DNA from: an uncultured Candidatus Binatia bacterium
Lineage (GTDB): Bacteria; Desulfobacterota; Binatia; UBA9968; JAJDTQ01
DNA: 64,000 bases
Reading direction: 5' to 3'
NCBI GenBank assembly: GCA_965213675.1
Contig: OZ243916.1
Coordinates: 1,600,001 to 1,664,000 of the forward strand
Shown here: positions 29,576 through 39,340 of the stretch, one piece after another
Layout: each line of letters begins with the position of its first letter
Numbering within the stretch: the first letter of the stretch is position 1
Made by a program: the position numbers and the translations under genes
Notes under the pieces: generated by a model
The model's database searches: none
Told to the model about the DNA's origin: nothing
The model's input: only the letters and a program-made list of their open reading frames with translations

Positions 29576-30616
29576 ATGGATCGACGTTTGGCATGGATCG
29601 GGCTGATGGTGGCGGTGCTGCTGGCGTGCGCGGGCACGGCTGGAGCGGCGTCTTTCTATGAAAAGAAGACCGTCAAGATCGTTTCGGTGCACGCGCCAGG
29701 GGGCGGTTACGACACCTACTCCCGTCTGTTCGGGCGTCATCTCGGGAAACACATTCCAGGCAAGCCCAAGGTCATCGTCGTCAACATACCGGGGGCCAGC
29801 GGTCTCATCGGCACCAACTACGTCTACAATGTCACCAAGCCGGACGGCCTGACCCTGATCCAGCCGAGTTGGGGCGTGGCCCAGGCGCAGTTCCTGGGTT
29901 TCCCGGACATCAGGTACGACGTCACCAAGATGATCTGGCTGGGTCTGGCCAACAGCGGCCCCGTCACCGCGGTGGTGCGAAAGGAATCGCCGATTCAGAC
30001 CATGGATCAGTGGCTCGACCCCAAGACCAAGCCATTGATCTTCGGCTGTACGTCGCTCAACAGCCTTACCTGCAGCATTCCCTTGGCCTTGAACGACATT
30101 TTCGGCAAGACCTCGGAGATCGTGTCCGGCTATGTGGGAACGGCGCGCATCCGCGCCGCGCTGTTGCAGAGTGAGGTGGACGGGCTCACCGGGTGGAGCT
30201 GGGACTCGGTGAAGTCCACCGGCATGTCGATGATCGACGACGGGGATGCCAAGATCATGTCGTACATCGGCTTCGACCGTCATCCAGAGCTGGACGAGCG
30301 CAAGGTGCCTTTCGTCAACGAACGGATCACCAAGCCCGCGGACATCGCCTTCATGGAAGTGCTGCTCCTGCCGGCGGCCATGTTGCGGCCCTGGGCCGTG
30401 CCTCCGGGGACACCCGCGGACCGGGTGGGAATGCTGCGGACGGCCTTCGAAGCGACGCTGAAGGATCCCGGGTTTCTGGCGGACGCCAAGCGCACCCGCC
30501 TGGACATCAACCCCAAGAGCGGCAAATGGCTGACGGACCTCATCAGGAACATGAAGACGCAGATGAGTCCGGAGGTGCTGAGCCGCGCCCGGAAGATCGT
30601 GGGCCTGGACAAATAG
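29576..30616 (+). CDS. Bug/TctC-like tripartite tricarboxylate transporter substrate-binding protein
   Basis: Signal peptide, PGGGYDTYSR, HIPGKP, NIPGASG, PPGTP. Confidence 0.9.
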   Translation: MDRRLAWIGLMVAVLLACAGTAGAASFYEKKTVKIVSVHAPGGGYDTYSRLFGRHLGKHIPGKPKVIVVNIPGASGLIGTNYVYNVTKPDGLTLIQPSWGVAQAQFLGFPDIRYDVTKMIWLGLANSGPVTAVVRKESPIQTMDQWLDPKTKPLIFGCTSLNSLTCSIPLALNDIFGKTSEIVSGYVGTARIRAALLQSEVDGLTGWSWDSVKSTGMSMIDDGDAKIMSYIGFDRHPELDERKVPFVNERITKPADIAFMEVLLLPAAMLRPWAVPPGTPADRVGMLRTAFEATLKDPGFLADAKRTRLDINPKSGKWLTDLIRNMKTQMSPEVLSRARKIVGLDK

Positions 30617-30864
30617 CCACGTGAGAGTTCGTCGGATCGAGAGGTCGCCGGTTTACCCCTGGCCGTTCCGACACGCGGGTTGAGTCCATGCCGGCGCGGT
30701 TCGCCCGCGGCGCGGCATCGGAACGCGGGTCGGATCAACCCGAGGCGCAGTCCGAACTGCCTCTTGGGGAGTTCGGAAAGCCGCCGGGCCGGGCACGACG
30801 CAGGCGGCCTCCACCATTGGATCGCAACACATTGGACGGAAGAGACAAGGGAGGAACAACGTAC

Positions 30865-31905
30865 ATGTTACCGAAAATCATATTCATCGGGCTCGTGATG
30901 GCCGTCCTGGCGGCTGGCGGCAGTGCCGGCGCGGCGGATTCTTACTACAAGGGCAAAACGGTCAGGATCGTCTCGGTGAGCGCGCCGGGAGGCGGCTACG
31001 ACACCTATTCGCGGCTGTTCGCGCGGCACTTGGGGAACCATATACCGGGCAAACCCAACGTGATCGTCATCAACATTCCGGGCGGGAGCGGCCTCATCGG
31101 CACGAATTACGTGTACAACGTCACCAAGCGGGACGGCCTCGCCCTCGTGCACCCCACCTGGACCGTCGCGCAGGCGCAGTTCCTGAACTTTCCGGGGGTC
31201 AAGTACGACGTCAACAAGTTCATCTGGCTGGGACTCGCCAATGCCGGTCCCATCACGGTGGTGGTGCGCACGGGTTCGCCCATTCAGAGCATGGATCAGT
31301 GGCTCGATCCGAAGACCAAGCCTTTGATTTTCGGCTGCACGGCTCGTAACAGCCTGACCTGCAGCATCCCCCTCGCCATGAACGACATCTTCGGCAACAC
31401 GTCCAAGATCGTTCCCGGGTACAAGGGCACCGCGCCGGTGCGCGCGGGCCTGCTGCAAAACGAGGTGGACGCGCTCACCGGTTGGAGCTGGGATTCGGTG
31501 AAGTCCACCGGCATGTCCATGCTTGAAGACGGCGCCATCAAGATCATCGCCTACATCGGCGAGGAGCGTCACCCGGAGCTCGAGGCGCGAAACGTGCCGC
31601 TTTTGAACGAAAGGATCACGAAGCCGGCGGATGTGGCCTTCATGAAGGTCCTGCTGCTTCCGGCCGCCATGCTGCGCCCCTGGGCGCTGCCGCCCAACAC
31701 CCCCGAGGACAAGGTGGCGATCCTGCGGAAGGCCTTTGAAGACACCATGAAGGATCCCGCTTTCCTGGCGGACGCCAAGCGCGCGCGTTTGGACATCAAC
31801 CCCCAGAGTGGCGAGCACCTCACGGCGCTCATGGCCGAAATGAAAAAGCAGATGACGCCGGAAGTCGTGAGCCGCGCGCGCAGGATCGTCGGCCTGGACA
31901 AGTAG
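30865..31905 (+). CDS. Bug/TctC-like substrate-binding protein (tandem paralog)
   Basis: Same length (346 aa) as the previous gene, with long identical blocks. Confidence 0.9.
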   Translation: MLPKIIFIGLVMAVLAAGGSAGAADSYYKGKTVRIVSVSAPGGGYDTYSRLFARHLGNHIPGKPNVIVINIPGGSGLIGTNYVYNVTKRDGLALVHPTWTVAQAQFLNFPGVKYDVNKFIWLGLANAGPITVVVRTGSPIQSMDQWLDPKTKPLIFGCTARNSLTCSIPLAMNDIFGNTSKIVPGYKGTAPVRAGLLQNEVDALTGWSWDSVKSTGMSMLEDGAIKIIAYIGEERHPELEARNVPLLNERITKPADVAFMKVLLLPAAMLRPWALPPNTPEDKVAILRKAFEDTMKDPAFLADAKRARLDINPQSGEHLTALMAEMKKQMTPEVVSRARRIVGLDK

Positions 31906-31986
31906 GTTGCGTCGCACAGGGTTGCGCCGGGCCGGAGTGCGGGACCGGTCCCGGCGCGTGGGCGCGCCGGGAACAAGGAGAAACGC

Positions 31987-33141
31987 ATGTCGAACCTCTC
32001 GGGGAGATACGCCATCGTCGGCGTGGGCGAGACCCAGGTGGGGAAGCGGCCCGAAGCCACCACCAACTCGCTGCACCTTGAAGCGATCCGCCTGTGCCTG
32101 GACGACGCCGGCATCGACGCGTCCCAGGTAGACGGTTTTCTCACCAACCAGCCACTGACCGACGCCCACCGGAGCTACGCCGTGCGGCTGGCGCACATGG
32201 CGGGCATCGATCCCAACTACGCCACCGATCTGGCCCTCGGCGGCGCCACCCCCATCGCCATGATCCAGAACGCGGTGATGGCCATCGAAGCGGGTATGGC
32301 GAACTACGTGGTGTGCGTGCACGCGCGCAAGCGGGCGACGCCGGATCCCACGCCAGGCTATCCCATCCGCAGCGGCGACGAGCACTGGGAGCAGCCCTGG
32401 GGGCATTTTTCCGCGGTGGCCAACCACGCCTTCGCGGCCACGCGCCACATGCACGAGTTCGGCACCACCAGCGAGGACCTGGGGCAGGTGGCCGTGTCCA
32501 CGCGCAAGCATGCCTGCATGAACAAGAACGCCGCCATGCAGAAGCCCATGACCATCGAGGACCATCAGAACTCGCGCCTGATCGTGGAGCCGCTGCACCT
32601 GTTCGACTGTTCGCTGGAGTCGGACGGTGGGGCGGCGCTGCTGGTGACCAGCATGGAGCGCGCCCGGGACCTCCCGAAGAAGCCCGTCCAGGTGCTGGGC
32701 ATGGGACAGCACCACCCGCACTCCAGTGTCATGGACGCGCCCACCTTGACCACTCTGGGGAGCCGGAAGTCCTCCGAGGCCGCCTACCGCATGGCCGGGC
32801 TCGGCCCCAAGGACATGGCCTTCGCGCAAATCTACGACTGTTTCACCATCACTACGCTTATCACCATCGAGGACTACGGCTTCTGCGGCAAGGGCGAGGG
32901 CAAGGACTTCGTGAAGGACGGGCGCATCGAAGTGGGCGGCGAGATCCCCGTGAACACCCACGGCGGACTGCTGTCCCAGGCCCATCTCGAGGGCATCATG
33001 CACGTCACCGAGGGCGTCAAGCAGTTGCGCGGCAACGAAGTGGAACCGGAGCGGCAGGTGCAGGGCGCCAAGGCCGGCATCATCAGCGGGCACGGCGGCA
33101 GCCTGTGCATGCACGCATCACTCGTACTGGGGGTACAATGA
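31987..33141 (+). CDS. Thiolase-family protein (SCP-x/Ltp2-like)
   Basis: AIVGVGET, DCSLESDGG, IYDCF, NTHGGLLS. Confidence 0.9.
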   Translation: MSNLSGRYAIVGVGETQVGKRPEATTNSLHLEAIRLCLDDAGIDASQVDGFLTNQPLTDAHRSYAVRLAHMAGIDPNYATDLALGGATPIAMIQNAVMAIEAGMANYVVCVHARKRATPDPTPGYPIRSGDEHWEQPWGHFSAVANHAFAATRHMHEFGTTSEDLGQVAVSTRKHACMNKNAAMQKPMTIEDHQNSRLIVEPLHLFDCSLESDGGAALLVTSMERARDLPKKPVQVLGMGQHHPHSSVMDAPTLTTLGSRKSSEAAYRMAGLGPKDMAFAQIYDCFTITTLITIEDYGFCGKGEGKDFVKDGRIEVGGEIPVNTHGGLLSQAHLEGIMHVTEGVKQLRGNEVEPERQVQGAKAGIISGHGGSLCMHASLVLGVQ

Positions 33142-33581
33142 GCAAGTCCGAAGCACACGACAAGCGCGGGCGGGCGGCGCCGCGCAATCAGCCGTTTCTT
33201 GCGGAAGTGGAGGCCAAACCCTTCTGGGACAACCTCAAGGAGCACAAGCTCACCGTGCAGCGCTGCAACGCGTGCAGCACCTACTTCCACTTCCCGCCCC
33301 AGGCCATGTGCGCCAAATGCTTGTCGTCGGACAACGAGTGGGTGCCGGCGAGCGGCAAGGGCACCATCTACTCCTTCGTCACCTATCACCGGGCGTGGCA
33401 TCCGGCCTACCAGGACCAGATCCCGTACAACGTCTCGCTCGTGGACCTGGACGAGGGGCCGCGGCTCGTGAGCAACGTCATCGACATCCCGCCAGAGGAC
33501 GTGAAGGTGGGGATGCCGGTGGAGGTGGTGTACGAGGACCACGAGGAGTACACACTGCCGAAGTTCAAGCCGAGCGCATAG
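33138..33581 (+). CDS. DUF35 zinc-ribbon/OB-fold protein (thiolase partner)
   Basis: CxxC...CxxC, GKGTIYSF, LDEGPRL; ATGA overlap with the thiolase stop. Confidence 0.92.
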   Translation: MSKSEAHDKRGRAAPRNQPFLAEVEAKPFWDNLKEHKLTVQRCNACSTYFHFPPQAMCAKCLSSDNEWVPASGKGTIYSFVTYHRAWHPAYQDQIPYNVSLVDLDEGPRLVSNVIDIPPEDVKVGMPVEVVYEDHEEYTLPKFKPSA

Positions 33582-33773
33582 GCAAATGGCGTTTCATTGA
33601 TCGAAGCGGCGATGGCCCCTGTTCCGTCATCCCGCGTCCCTCTCCGTCATTACAGAGAAAGCGGGTCCAGGGGGCCGACTCGGCGGTGAAGCCCGTCATC
33701 ACGCCGTCACCCCGGCATTCGTGGGAATGACCGGGAAACCGATCAATTGGCGATCAGCCGCCAGGAGTGAACC

Positions 33774-35138
33774 ATGGCCTACACCGCCCAAGGGCGCACC
33801 AAGGACTTTCCGGTCTTCGACTGCGACAGCCACATCCACGAACCCCGGGAAGTCTGGGACGAGTACATTCCGGAGAAGCAGCGGGCGTTCGCCAAACAGC
33901 ACTTCTACCGGGACATGGACCGGCTCGTGATGGTCGTGAACGGCCAGGTGAGCTACGGCAACCCCAAGACCTACGCCTATCCGGGACAAGGCTGGCACCC
34001 CGGCATGAACAAGAAGATCCTGGGCTCCATCGCGCCCGACGATCCCCGGTGGGACCAGGAAATCGGCCGCAACGCCAGCCAGCGGGATCCCCACGTCCGC
34101 CTCAGGGACATGGACGCGTCGGGCATCGACCAGGTGATGGTGTTCCCGTCCACCTTCGTGCGCATGCCGCTGGTGAAGAACCCGGACGCCGCCCGGATAT
34201 GCGCCGCCGCCTACAACGACTGGGTCAACGACTACTGCGCCGCCGACCGCAAGCGCCTCTATCCCTGCGCCGTGCTGCCCGTCCAGGATGTGGACTACGC
34301 GGTCCAGGAGTTGCGCCGAGTGGCCAGGCTGGGGTTCAAGTCGGCGGTGGTGCGGCCCGTGCTGGTCAACGACCGGTACCCCACCTTCCCGGAGTTCGAC
34401 CCCTTGTGGAAGGAGTTCGAGGAGCTGGGACTGGCCTTGGGAATGCACACGTTCCCGTCCGGCGGCGAGGCCGTCACCGAAGCCATGGCGGAGCGCATGT
34501 CGGCCGGCACCCAAGGCAAGAGCAGCGCCAAGCGCTCCCCTTTCACCGCCCACGACGTCTACGTCTACTCCCCGGGGCAGTTCGTGGAGAACATCATGCG
34601 CAGCATGGGGTCGGTGCAGCCGGGCTCCGAGTCCCTGAGCTTCATCAGCGAGGCTCAGACCTGGACCATGGTCGTGATGCTCACGGGCTGGCTGGAAAAG
34701 TTCCCCAAGCTCAGGGTGGCCATCCTGGAATCCAACTCGAGCTGGCTGCCGCTGATCCTGGAGAAGGCCGAGACCTACCTCGACCTTTACCGCTTCGTCC
34801 GGGAACAAGCCGTGCCACCGCAGAAGGTCGGCGACCCGCGGGAGACCTTCGCCCGGCAGTGCTTCATTGCCTTCGAGAGCGACGAGGACATCACCCTACG
34901 CCTCTGGGACATCTTCGAGAACATCGCCCTGTGGTCGTCCGACATGCCGCACCACGACGCCTCGGACACTTGGGAAGCCGTCGACAACATGGACAAGCAC
35001 GGCGTGCCCCGGGAGGTGCAGGAAAAGATGCTGGGCGGCAACGCCCGGCGCCTCTACGGCATCGAGCCCGAGTTGTTCGTGACCGAGGCGCCGGCGGAGT
35101 ACACGCCGACCAACATCGTGCCGCGCTACGCGGGGTAG
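33774..35138 (+). CDS. Amidohydrolase family 2 protein
   Basis: FDCDSH, RLRDMD..GID, FPKLRVAILES, SDMPHHD. Confidence 0.9.
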   Translation: MAYTAQGRTKDFPVFDCDSHIHEPREVWDEYIPEKQRAFAKQHFYRDMDRLVMVVNGQVSYGNPKTYAYPGQGWHPGMNKKILGSIAPDDPRWDQEIGRNASQRDPHVRLRDMDASGIDQVMVFPSTFVRMPLVKNPDAARICAAAYNDWVNDYCAADRKRLYPCAVLPVQDVDYAVQELRRVARLGFKSAVVRPVLVNDRYPTFPEFDPLWKEFEELGLALGMHTFPSGGEAVTEAMAERMSAGTQGKSSAKRSPFTAHDVYVYSPGQFVENIMRSMGSVQPGSESLSFISEAQTWTMVVMLTGWLEKFPKLRVAILESNSSWLPLILEKAETYLDLYRFVREQAVPPQKVGDPRETFARQCFIAFESDEDITLRLWDIFENIALWSSDMPHHDASDTWEAVDNMDKHGVPREVQEKMLGGNARRLYGIEPELFVTEAPAEYTPTNIVPRYAG

Positions 35139-35456
35139 CCGCCGGCGTGGACGAATTTCGATTCGTCATTCCGGGCTTGACGCCGGATCAAGTCCGGGGC
35201 AGGCTCCGGAATGCAGTAGCGGCGGTGGGGCGCCGCCGCTACTACGAGAGCTGGCAGAAGCACCGCCTCCCCTTCCCCCACCACGACTCCGTCCACCCCG
35301 AACGCCGCTGGGGCTCCGCCACGCCACCTACGACGACATGCTCTTCGTGAACGACTGGCCCAACTACGAAGAGGAATGGGACCGGGGCTCGCGGGAGGGG
35401 CTGAAGGCCTGCGTGACCAGCGGGTAGGACGGCATCCGAGGTCGCCCCCTTAACCC

Positions 35457-35577
35457 TTCAATCAGTCGGACCTAAATATTCAATTGGTCGGTCATAGAGC
35501 TTCAATTGGTCGTCTCTTGACTTTCCATTGGTCGGTCATTAACCTTCAATCAGTCGTATTTGTACGTCAAATAGTTG
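35457..35577. repeat. Array of 12-bp cores (TTCMATYRGTCG) with 10-bp variable spacers, 22-bp period
   Basis: Cores start at 35457, 35479, 35501, 35523 and 35545; a degenerate sixth starts at 35566. Confidence 0.92.
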
Positions 35578-35590
35578 GAGAGGTGCAGAC

Positions 35591-36811
35591 GTGTATCCTC
35601 GTTTTATCGAAAACCGCGTCAATGACGCGTTGACCTATACACGGGTAGTGCTCATATCCGGCCCGCGACAGTCCGGGAAGACGACGCTGGCCAGACATAT
35701 CGCAGGCGGCAAGATCCCGTTCCTGGACCTCGATGACCAAACCACCCTGGAGACGGCCCTAGCCGATCCAGTGGGATTCATACGCGGCCTCGATCGGGCT
35801 GTTATCGACGAGGTTCAGCGTGCGCCCGACCTCCTTCTGGCCATCAAGATGACTGTCGATACCGACCCGAGGCCCGGCCGCTTTTTGCTCACCGGGTCCG
35901 CGAATCTCATGACCGTGCCACGGGTGTCCGATTCGCTTGCAGGCCGAATGAAGGTCGTGCGCCTCTTGCCCTTGGCACAGGCAGAGTTGAAAGGGAGTCC
36001 ATCCACCTTTCTCGATATGGCCTTCAAAGGCCAAGTGCCCAAGACCGGCGACGTCGTGGTCGGAACCGACTTGATCGAAGAGGTCCTTGCCGGCGGTTAT
36101 CCGGAAGCTCTTACCCACTCCCGTTGGAACACCCGGCGCGACTGGTATCTCGACTACATCGAGGCCATCGTTCAACGAGATGTCCGTGACATCGCCCAAT
36201 TTGAGAAAGTTCCGTTGATGCCGAGGCTCTTGCGCGTTCTCGCGGAGCACTCCGGACAACTCGTCAACTACTCCGGCTTCGGCGCACCGTTGGGAATGAA
36301 TCATTTCACCACCCGAAGATACACTGGATTATTCGAGAGTCTGTATCTCCTGTGCAACCTGCAACCCTGGTTCACCAATACGCTCAAGCGGCTCACCAAG
36401 ACACCGAAGCTGCACTTCCTCGATGCAGGACTGCTTGCGGCCTTAAGGGACATCACCCCCGCCCGCGTGAAGAAAGACAGGGCGCTGTTCGGACCGGTCC
36501 TGGAGACTTTCGTTCTTGCTGAGTTGCTGAAACTGGCCAATTGGTCGGACGACCGGTACGACTTCTCGCATTTCCGAGACAAGGAGCGGAAAAAGGTCGA
36601 TATCGTCATGGAGGACCGTCGCGGCCGCGTCGTGGGAATCGCGGTCAAGGCCTCCGCCACCGTGACCGCCCGGGACTTCGCCGGCCTCCGCTGCCTGTCG
36701 GAAGCCTGCGGCGACCGGTTCGTGCTGGGGCTGGTCCTCCACGACCACGAACATGTCGTGCCCTTCGGCGAGCGCTTGGTCGCCGCACCGATCTCTGCGC
36801 TGTGGTCGTGA
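35591..36811 (+). CDS. AAA+ ATPase (AAA_14) with DUF4143 domain
   Basis: GPRQSGKTT, IDEVQR, LLTGS, SLAGR, KTPKLHFLDAG; GTG start with RBS GGAGAGG. Confidence 0.92.
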   Translation: MYPRFIENRVNDALTYTRVVLISGPRQSGKTTLARHIAGGKIPFLDLDDQTTLETALADPVGFIRGLDRAVIDEVQRAPDLLLAIKMTVDTDPRPGRFLLTGSANLMTVPRVSDSLAGRMKVVRLLPLAQAELKGSPSTFLDMAFKGQVPKTGDVVVGTDLIEEVLAGGYPEALTHSRWNTRRDWYLDYIEAIVQRDVRDIAQFEKVPLMPRLLRVLAEHSGQLVNYSGFGAPLGMNHFTTRRYTGLFESLYLLCNLQPWFTNTLKRLTKTPKLHFLDAGLLAALRDITPARVKKDRALFGPVLETFVLAELLKLANWSDDRYDFSHFRDKERKKVDIVMEDRRGRVVGIAVKASATVTARDFAGLRCLSEACGDRFVLGLVLHDHEHVVPFGERLVAAPISALWS

Positions 36812-36904
36812 CCGAGCACCATGGCTCCGCACGCCTGTACCTGGCAACCGGGTGATCCCGCACCGCCCAGTAGGAAAAAACGAAGAGAGGTCACGACACT
36901 CCGA

Positions 36905-38143
36905 ATGATCAAAGGCCAGCAGCACTGGAAGTTCACTTGGTCCCGGGACGCAATACTTGCGGCCTTCCTTCTCCTCCTGACCGTCCTCTCTCTTCACGGC
37001 GCAGTGGATCTCTTCGCCTACGCTTTACTAGCCGAGACCACAGCCGAATCCCTGGGCATCTATGCCTTGTCCAGGAGCATCAATGCCGGCATTTCCGTAT
37101 TTCAGAGCACCCAATTCGGCGTGGGCATCACCGTACAGTTGGGTGAGTTGCTCGATCCAATCAACGACGCCGTCGAAAGGCTCTCTGCTATTATGGTCTG
37201 GGCCATCGGTTCGCTGTTGCTCCAGCGTTTGGTGCTTGAAGTTACCTCAACGGCGATATTTGAGTGGAGTTTCTTCTGCATCGGTGTCGCAACATCGGCG
37301 CTCCTGCTCGTCTCGGCATGGCACCGGTGCCGAGAGCTGGTTCGCATCAGGCTCCACGTCACGGAAAGCGGCCTCAACCGCTGTCGCGGCCTGCTGATTC
37401 GGGTGTTCGTCGTCGCGGCCATCATCCGCTTCATCGTCCCGGTATTCGTCATCACCAGTTCGCTGGCCTCCGAAATGTTCGTCGGGGCAACCGTCCAGGA
37501 GCAGCGCGACCGCTTGTCCGCATTCAGCGCCGACATCGGCGTGGACCCAGGCTTGCCGCTCGTCACCGATGAAGACCTTGAGAGCCAACGGGCTGAGACG
37601 TCGGCCAAGTTGGACGATTTGGAGGACTCTCTGGCGCAACACCGTCGCGAGACCCAGCACCTCGACGACCAAATCCGGAAGCTGCGCGAGGCGGTCGGCT
37701 GGTGGCGCAGTCGAGCGCCCGAGTTCCTTGGCGGTGTCCCCCCCAGCAAGGAACTGTCAGAGGCCATGGCTACACGGGAACAAATCGGCGACGCACTGGA
37801 GGGCATCCTCCAGAGACAAATCGAGCGAGGTAGGCAGGACCTTCAATGCATCGAGAGACGCCTTGCCGGCGACACTTGCGATTCGCTGTTTGACAAGTTC
37901 ACCGCCGCCGGCAAGACTCGGTACGCCCAGATGTTGACGATCGTTGACAAGTCAAGCCGAATGGTGACGAGTATCGCCCGGCTTGCGATCGCGATCGCCG
38001 TCAAGAACATTCTGTTCCCCATCGTTTTCCTGATGATCGCCCTGAAGTACGGCCTGCCCTTCATCCGGTACGCCGTACGAAAGAGCTACGCTTGGGAGCG
38101 GAACCTGAAGGAACTGCCAAATTCACTGAGGCAACTGGATTGA
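36905..38143 (+). CDS. Hypothetical membrane protein with coiled-coil region
   Basis: Long ORF with several TM helices and a heptad-rich central segment. Start uncertain (36821 or 36905). Confidence 0.75.
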   Translation: MIKGQQHWKFTWSRDAILAAFLLLLTVLSLHGAVDLFAYALLAETTAESLGIYALSRSINAGISVFQSTQFGVGITVQLGELLDPINDAVERLSAIMVWAIGSLLLQRLVLEVTSTAIFEWSFFCIGVATSALLLVSAWHRCRELVRIRLHVTESGLNRCRGLLIRVFVVAAIIRFIVPVFVITSSLASEMFVGATVQEQRDRLSAFSADIGVDPGLPLVTDEDLESQRAETSAKLDDLEDSLAQHRRETQHLDDQIRKLREAVGWWRSRAPEFLGGVPPSKELSEAMATREQIGDALEGILQRQIERGRQDLQCIERRLAGDTCDSLFDKFTAAGKTRYAQMLTIVDKSSRMVTSIARLAIAIAVKNILFPIVFLMIALKYGLPFIRYAVRKSYAWERNLKELPNSLRQLD

Positions 38144-38211
38144 GACACCGTCAGAGCCACAAGCCAGGACCGGCAACAAACGAGGTGAACACGGCCCCCC
38201 AAGGGGTACGC

Positions 38212-38358
38212 GAAATCGTCGAATCCGTGCGTAGAGGCCTCGCCGAAGCAAAGGTCCCAGGCAATTGCGACTTGGAGGCCCTGCTATCCGAAATGCCCTC
38301 GGATTACCAGCCCGAAGAACTCGACTGGGGGCCACCCACCGGGAAAGAAGTCTGGTAA
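38212..38358 (+). pseudogene. C-terminal remnant of MazE/ChpS antitoxin
   Basis: DLEALLSEMP..YQPEELDWGPPTGKEVW resembles the MazE C-terminus. There is no AbrB N-terminus and no mazF. Confidence 0.65.
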
Positions 38359-38383
38359 GCGGCCCGGTCATCAGGGCACAGCC

Positions 38384-38543
38384 ATGCCGGAAGACACGAC
38401 CACAGCACTGTTCTTTGAGTTGTTCAGTGGTTGCGGTGCCAGGGACGCGGTGGTGCGCGGAGCGCGTTCCGGGCTCTCGCCCTCGTTCGGGATGTTCGAG
38501 CGCGGGACGCGCGTTCTCGGCATTAGGTGAGGGACCGACCTGC
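38384..38543 (+). pseudogene. Decayed 5' fragment homologous to the methyltransferase at 42033
   Basis: MPEDTTTALFFELFSG versus MPDDTTTALFFELFSG; nucleotide similarity continues ~160 nt with frameshifts. Confidence 0.85.
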
Positions 38544-38548
38544 GTGGC

Positions 38549-39340
38549 CTACTTGGGCCACCACGACCCTGTCCGTCTCGTAAGTTCGGTCTCAAGTTCG
38601 CTCACAGCGAGTGACTTACGCTCCCGAGAAGCGTGGTTTCCTTCTGTTGCGACGAATTCACGCAAATGGCCGACAAGAAACTCGATGATGCGTTCCTTAT
38701 TGCAATCCGGGTTGCCCGCGCAGTAATCCGACAGTGATTTCGCCAACTTTCTGGCCGTGTTGCCCGACACATTGCCCATACATTGTTCTATCGCCCGTTC
38801 TACAAAGTGCGCATTGTAACCCCACTCGTCGGAGTAGTAAGAAACGATACCTTCCTGTTCTTCTCCGCTGATGTCTTCGTCGTCGGACTTTGCAATCCAG
38901 ATACTCAGAGGCAACATAAGCCCCAAAAGCTGATTGGCGATCACGTCCAGTGGCGTGTTGATGTATCTCGCACGCTCGACCCTGGAGTTCTTCCTTACTT
39001 TAACGAGCATCCACCTAAAGCCATAGTACACGCCTCCGGTGAGGGCACCGGCGGCGAGCATCCAGCCTATCGGCGTCGTTGCGGCAGCGCCCAAGCCAAG
39101 CCAAGCGAGAACCCCACTTGATGGAAAGAACGTCGTAGCGACAACTGAGCTCGAAGCGATTATCATTCCACCAGAGGCAGCGCCTACCGTCCCCAAAAAC
39201 AATTCCAGGTTCTCCCCGGATTTCAAGAACCTGCAGGCGTCGTCTCCAACACCGAGGTGCTCCAAGAATATTTCTTCGTTGGCAAGGATTGTGTCGGGTT
39301 GCTCCGTCATCTTGTGACGTACTCCATTTTGGTCGCTCAC
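38549..39340 (-). CDS. Hypothetical protein: Gly/Ala-rich TM hairpin plus possible TerB-like C-terminal domain
   Basis: GAASGG/TTPIGW hydrophobic segment; IAKSDD.IS.EE resembles the TerB AxADG.....E motif. Lower GC than flanks. Confidence 0.65.
   Translation of the reverse strand: MSDQNGVRHKMTEQPDTILANEEIFLEHLGVGDDACRFLKSGENLELFLGTVGAASGGMIIASSSVVATTFFPSSGVLAWLGLGAAATTPIGWMLAAGALTGGVYYGFRWMLVKVRKNSRVERARYINTPLDVIANQLLGLMLPLSIWIAKSDDEDISGEEQEGIVSYYSDEWGYNAHFVERAIEQCMGNVSGNTARKLAKSLSDYCAGNPDCNKERIIEFLVGHLREFVATEGNHASRERKSLAVSELETELTRRTGSWWPK

Noticed and set aside
35225-35427. Possible frameshifted gene fragment (…YDDMLFVNDWPNYEEEWD…)
   Set aside because: It looks coding-like, but the family is unrecognisable and there is no start.
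35457-35577. CRISPR or TIGR array interpretation
   Set aside because: The 12-bp cores and 10-bp spacers are too short for CRISPR, and no cas or Nop-domain gene is in the window. The array is kept as an unexplained finding.
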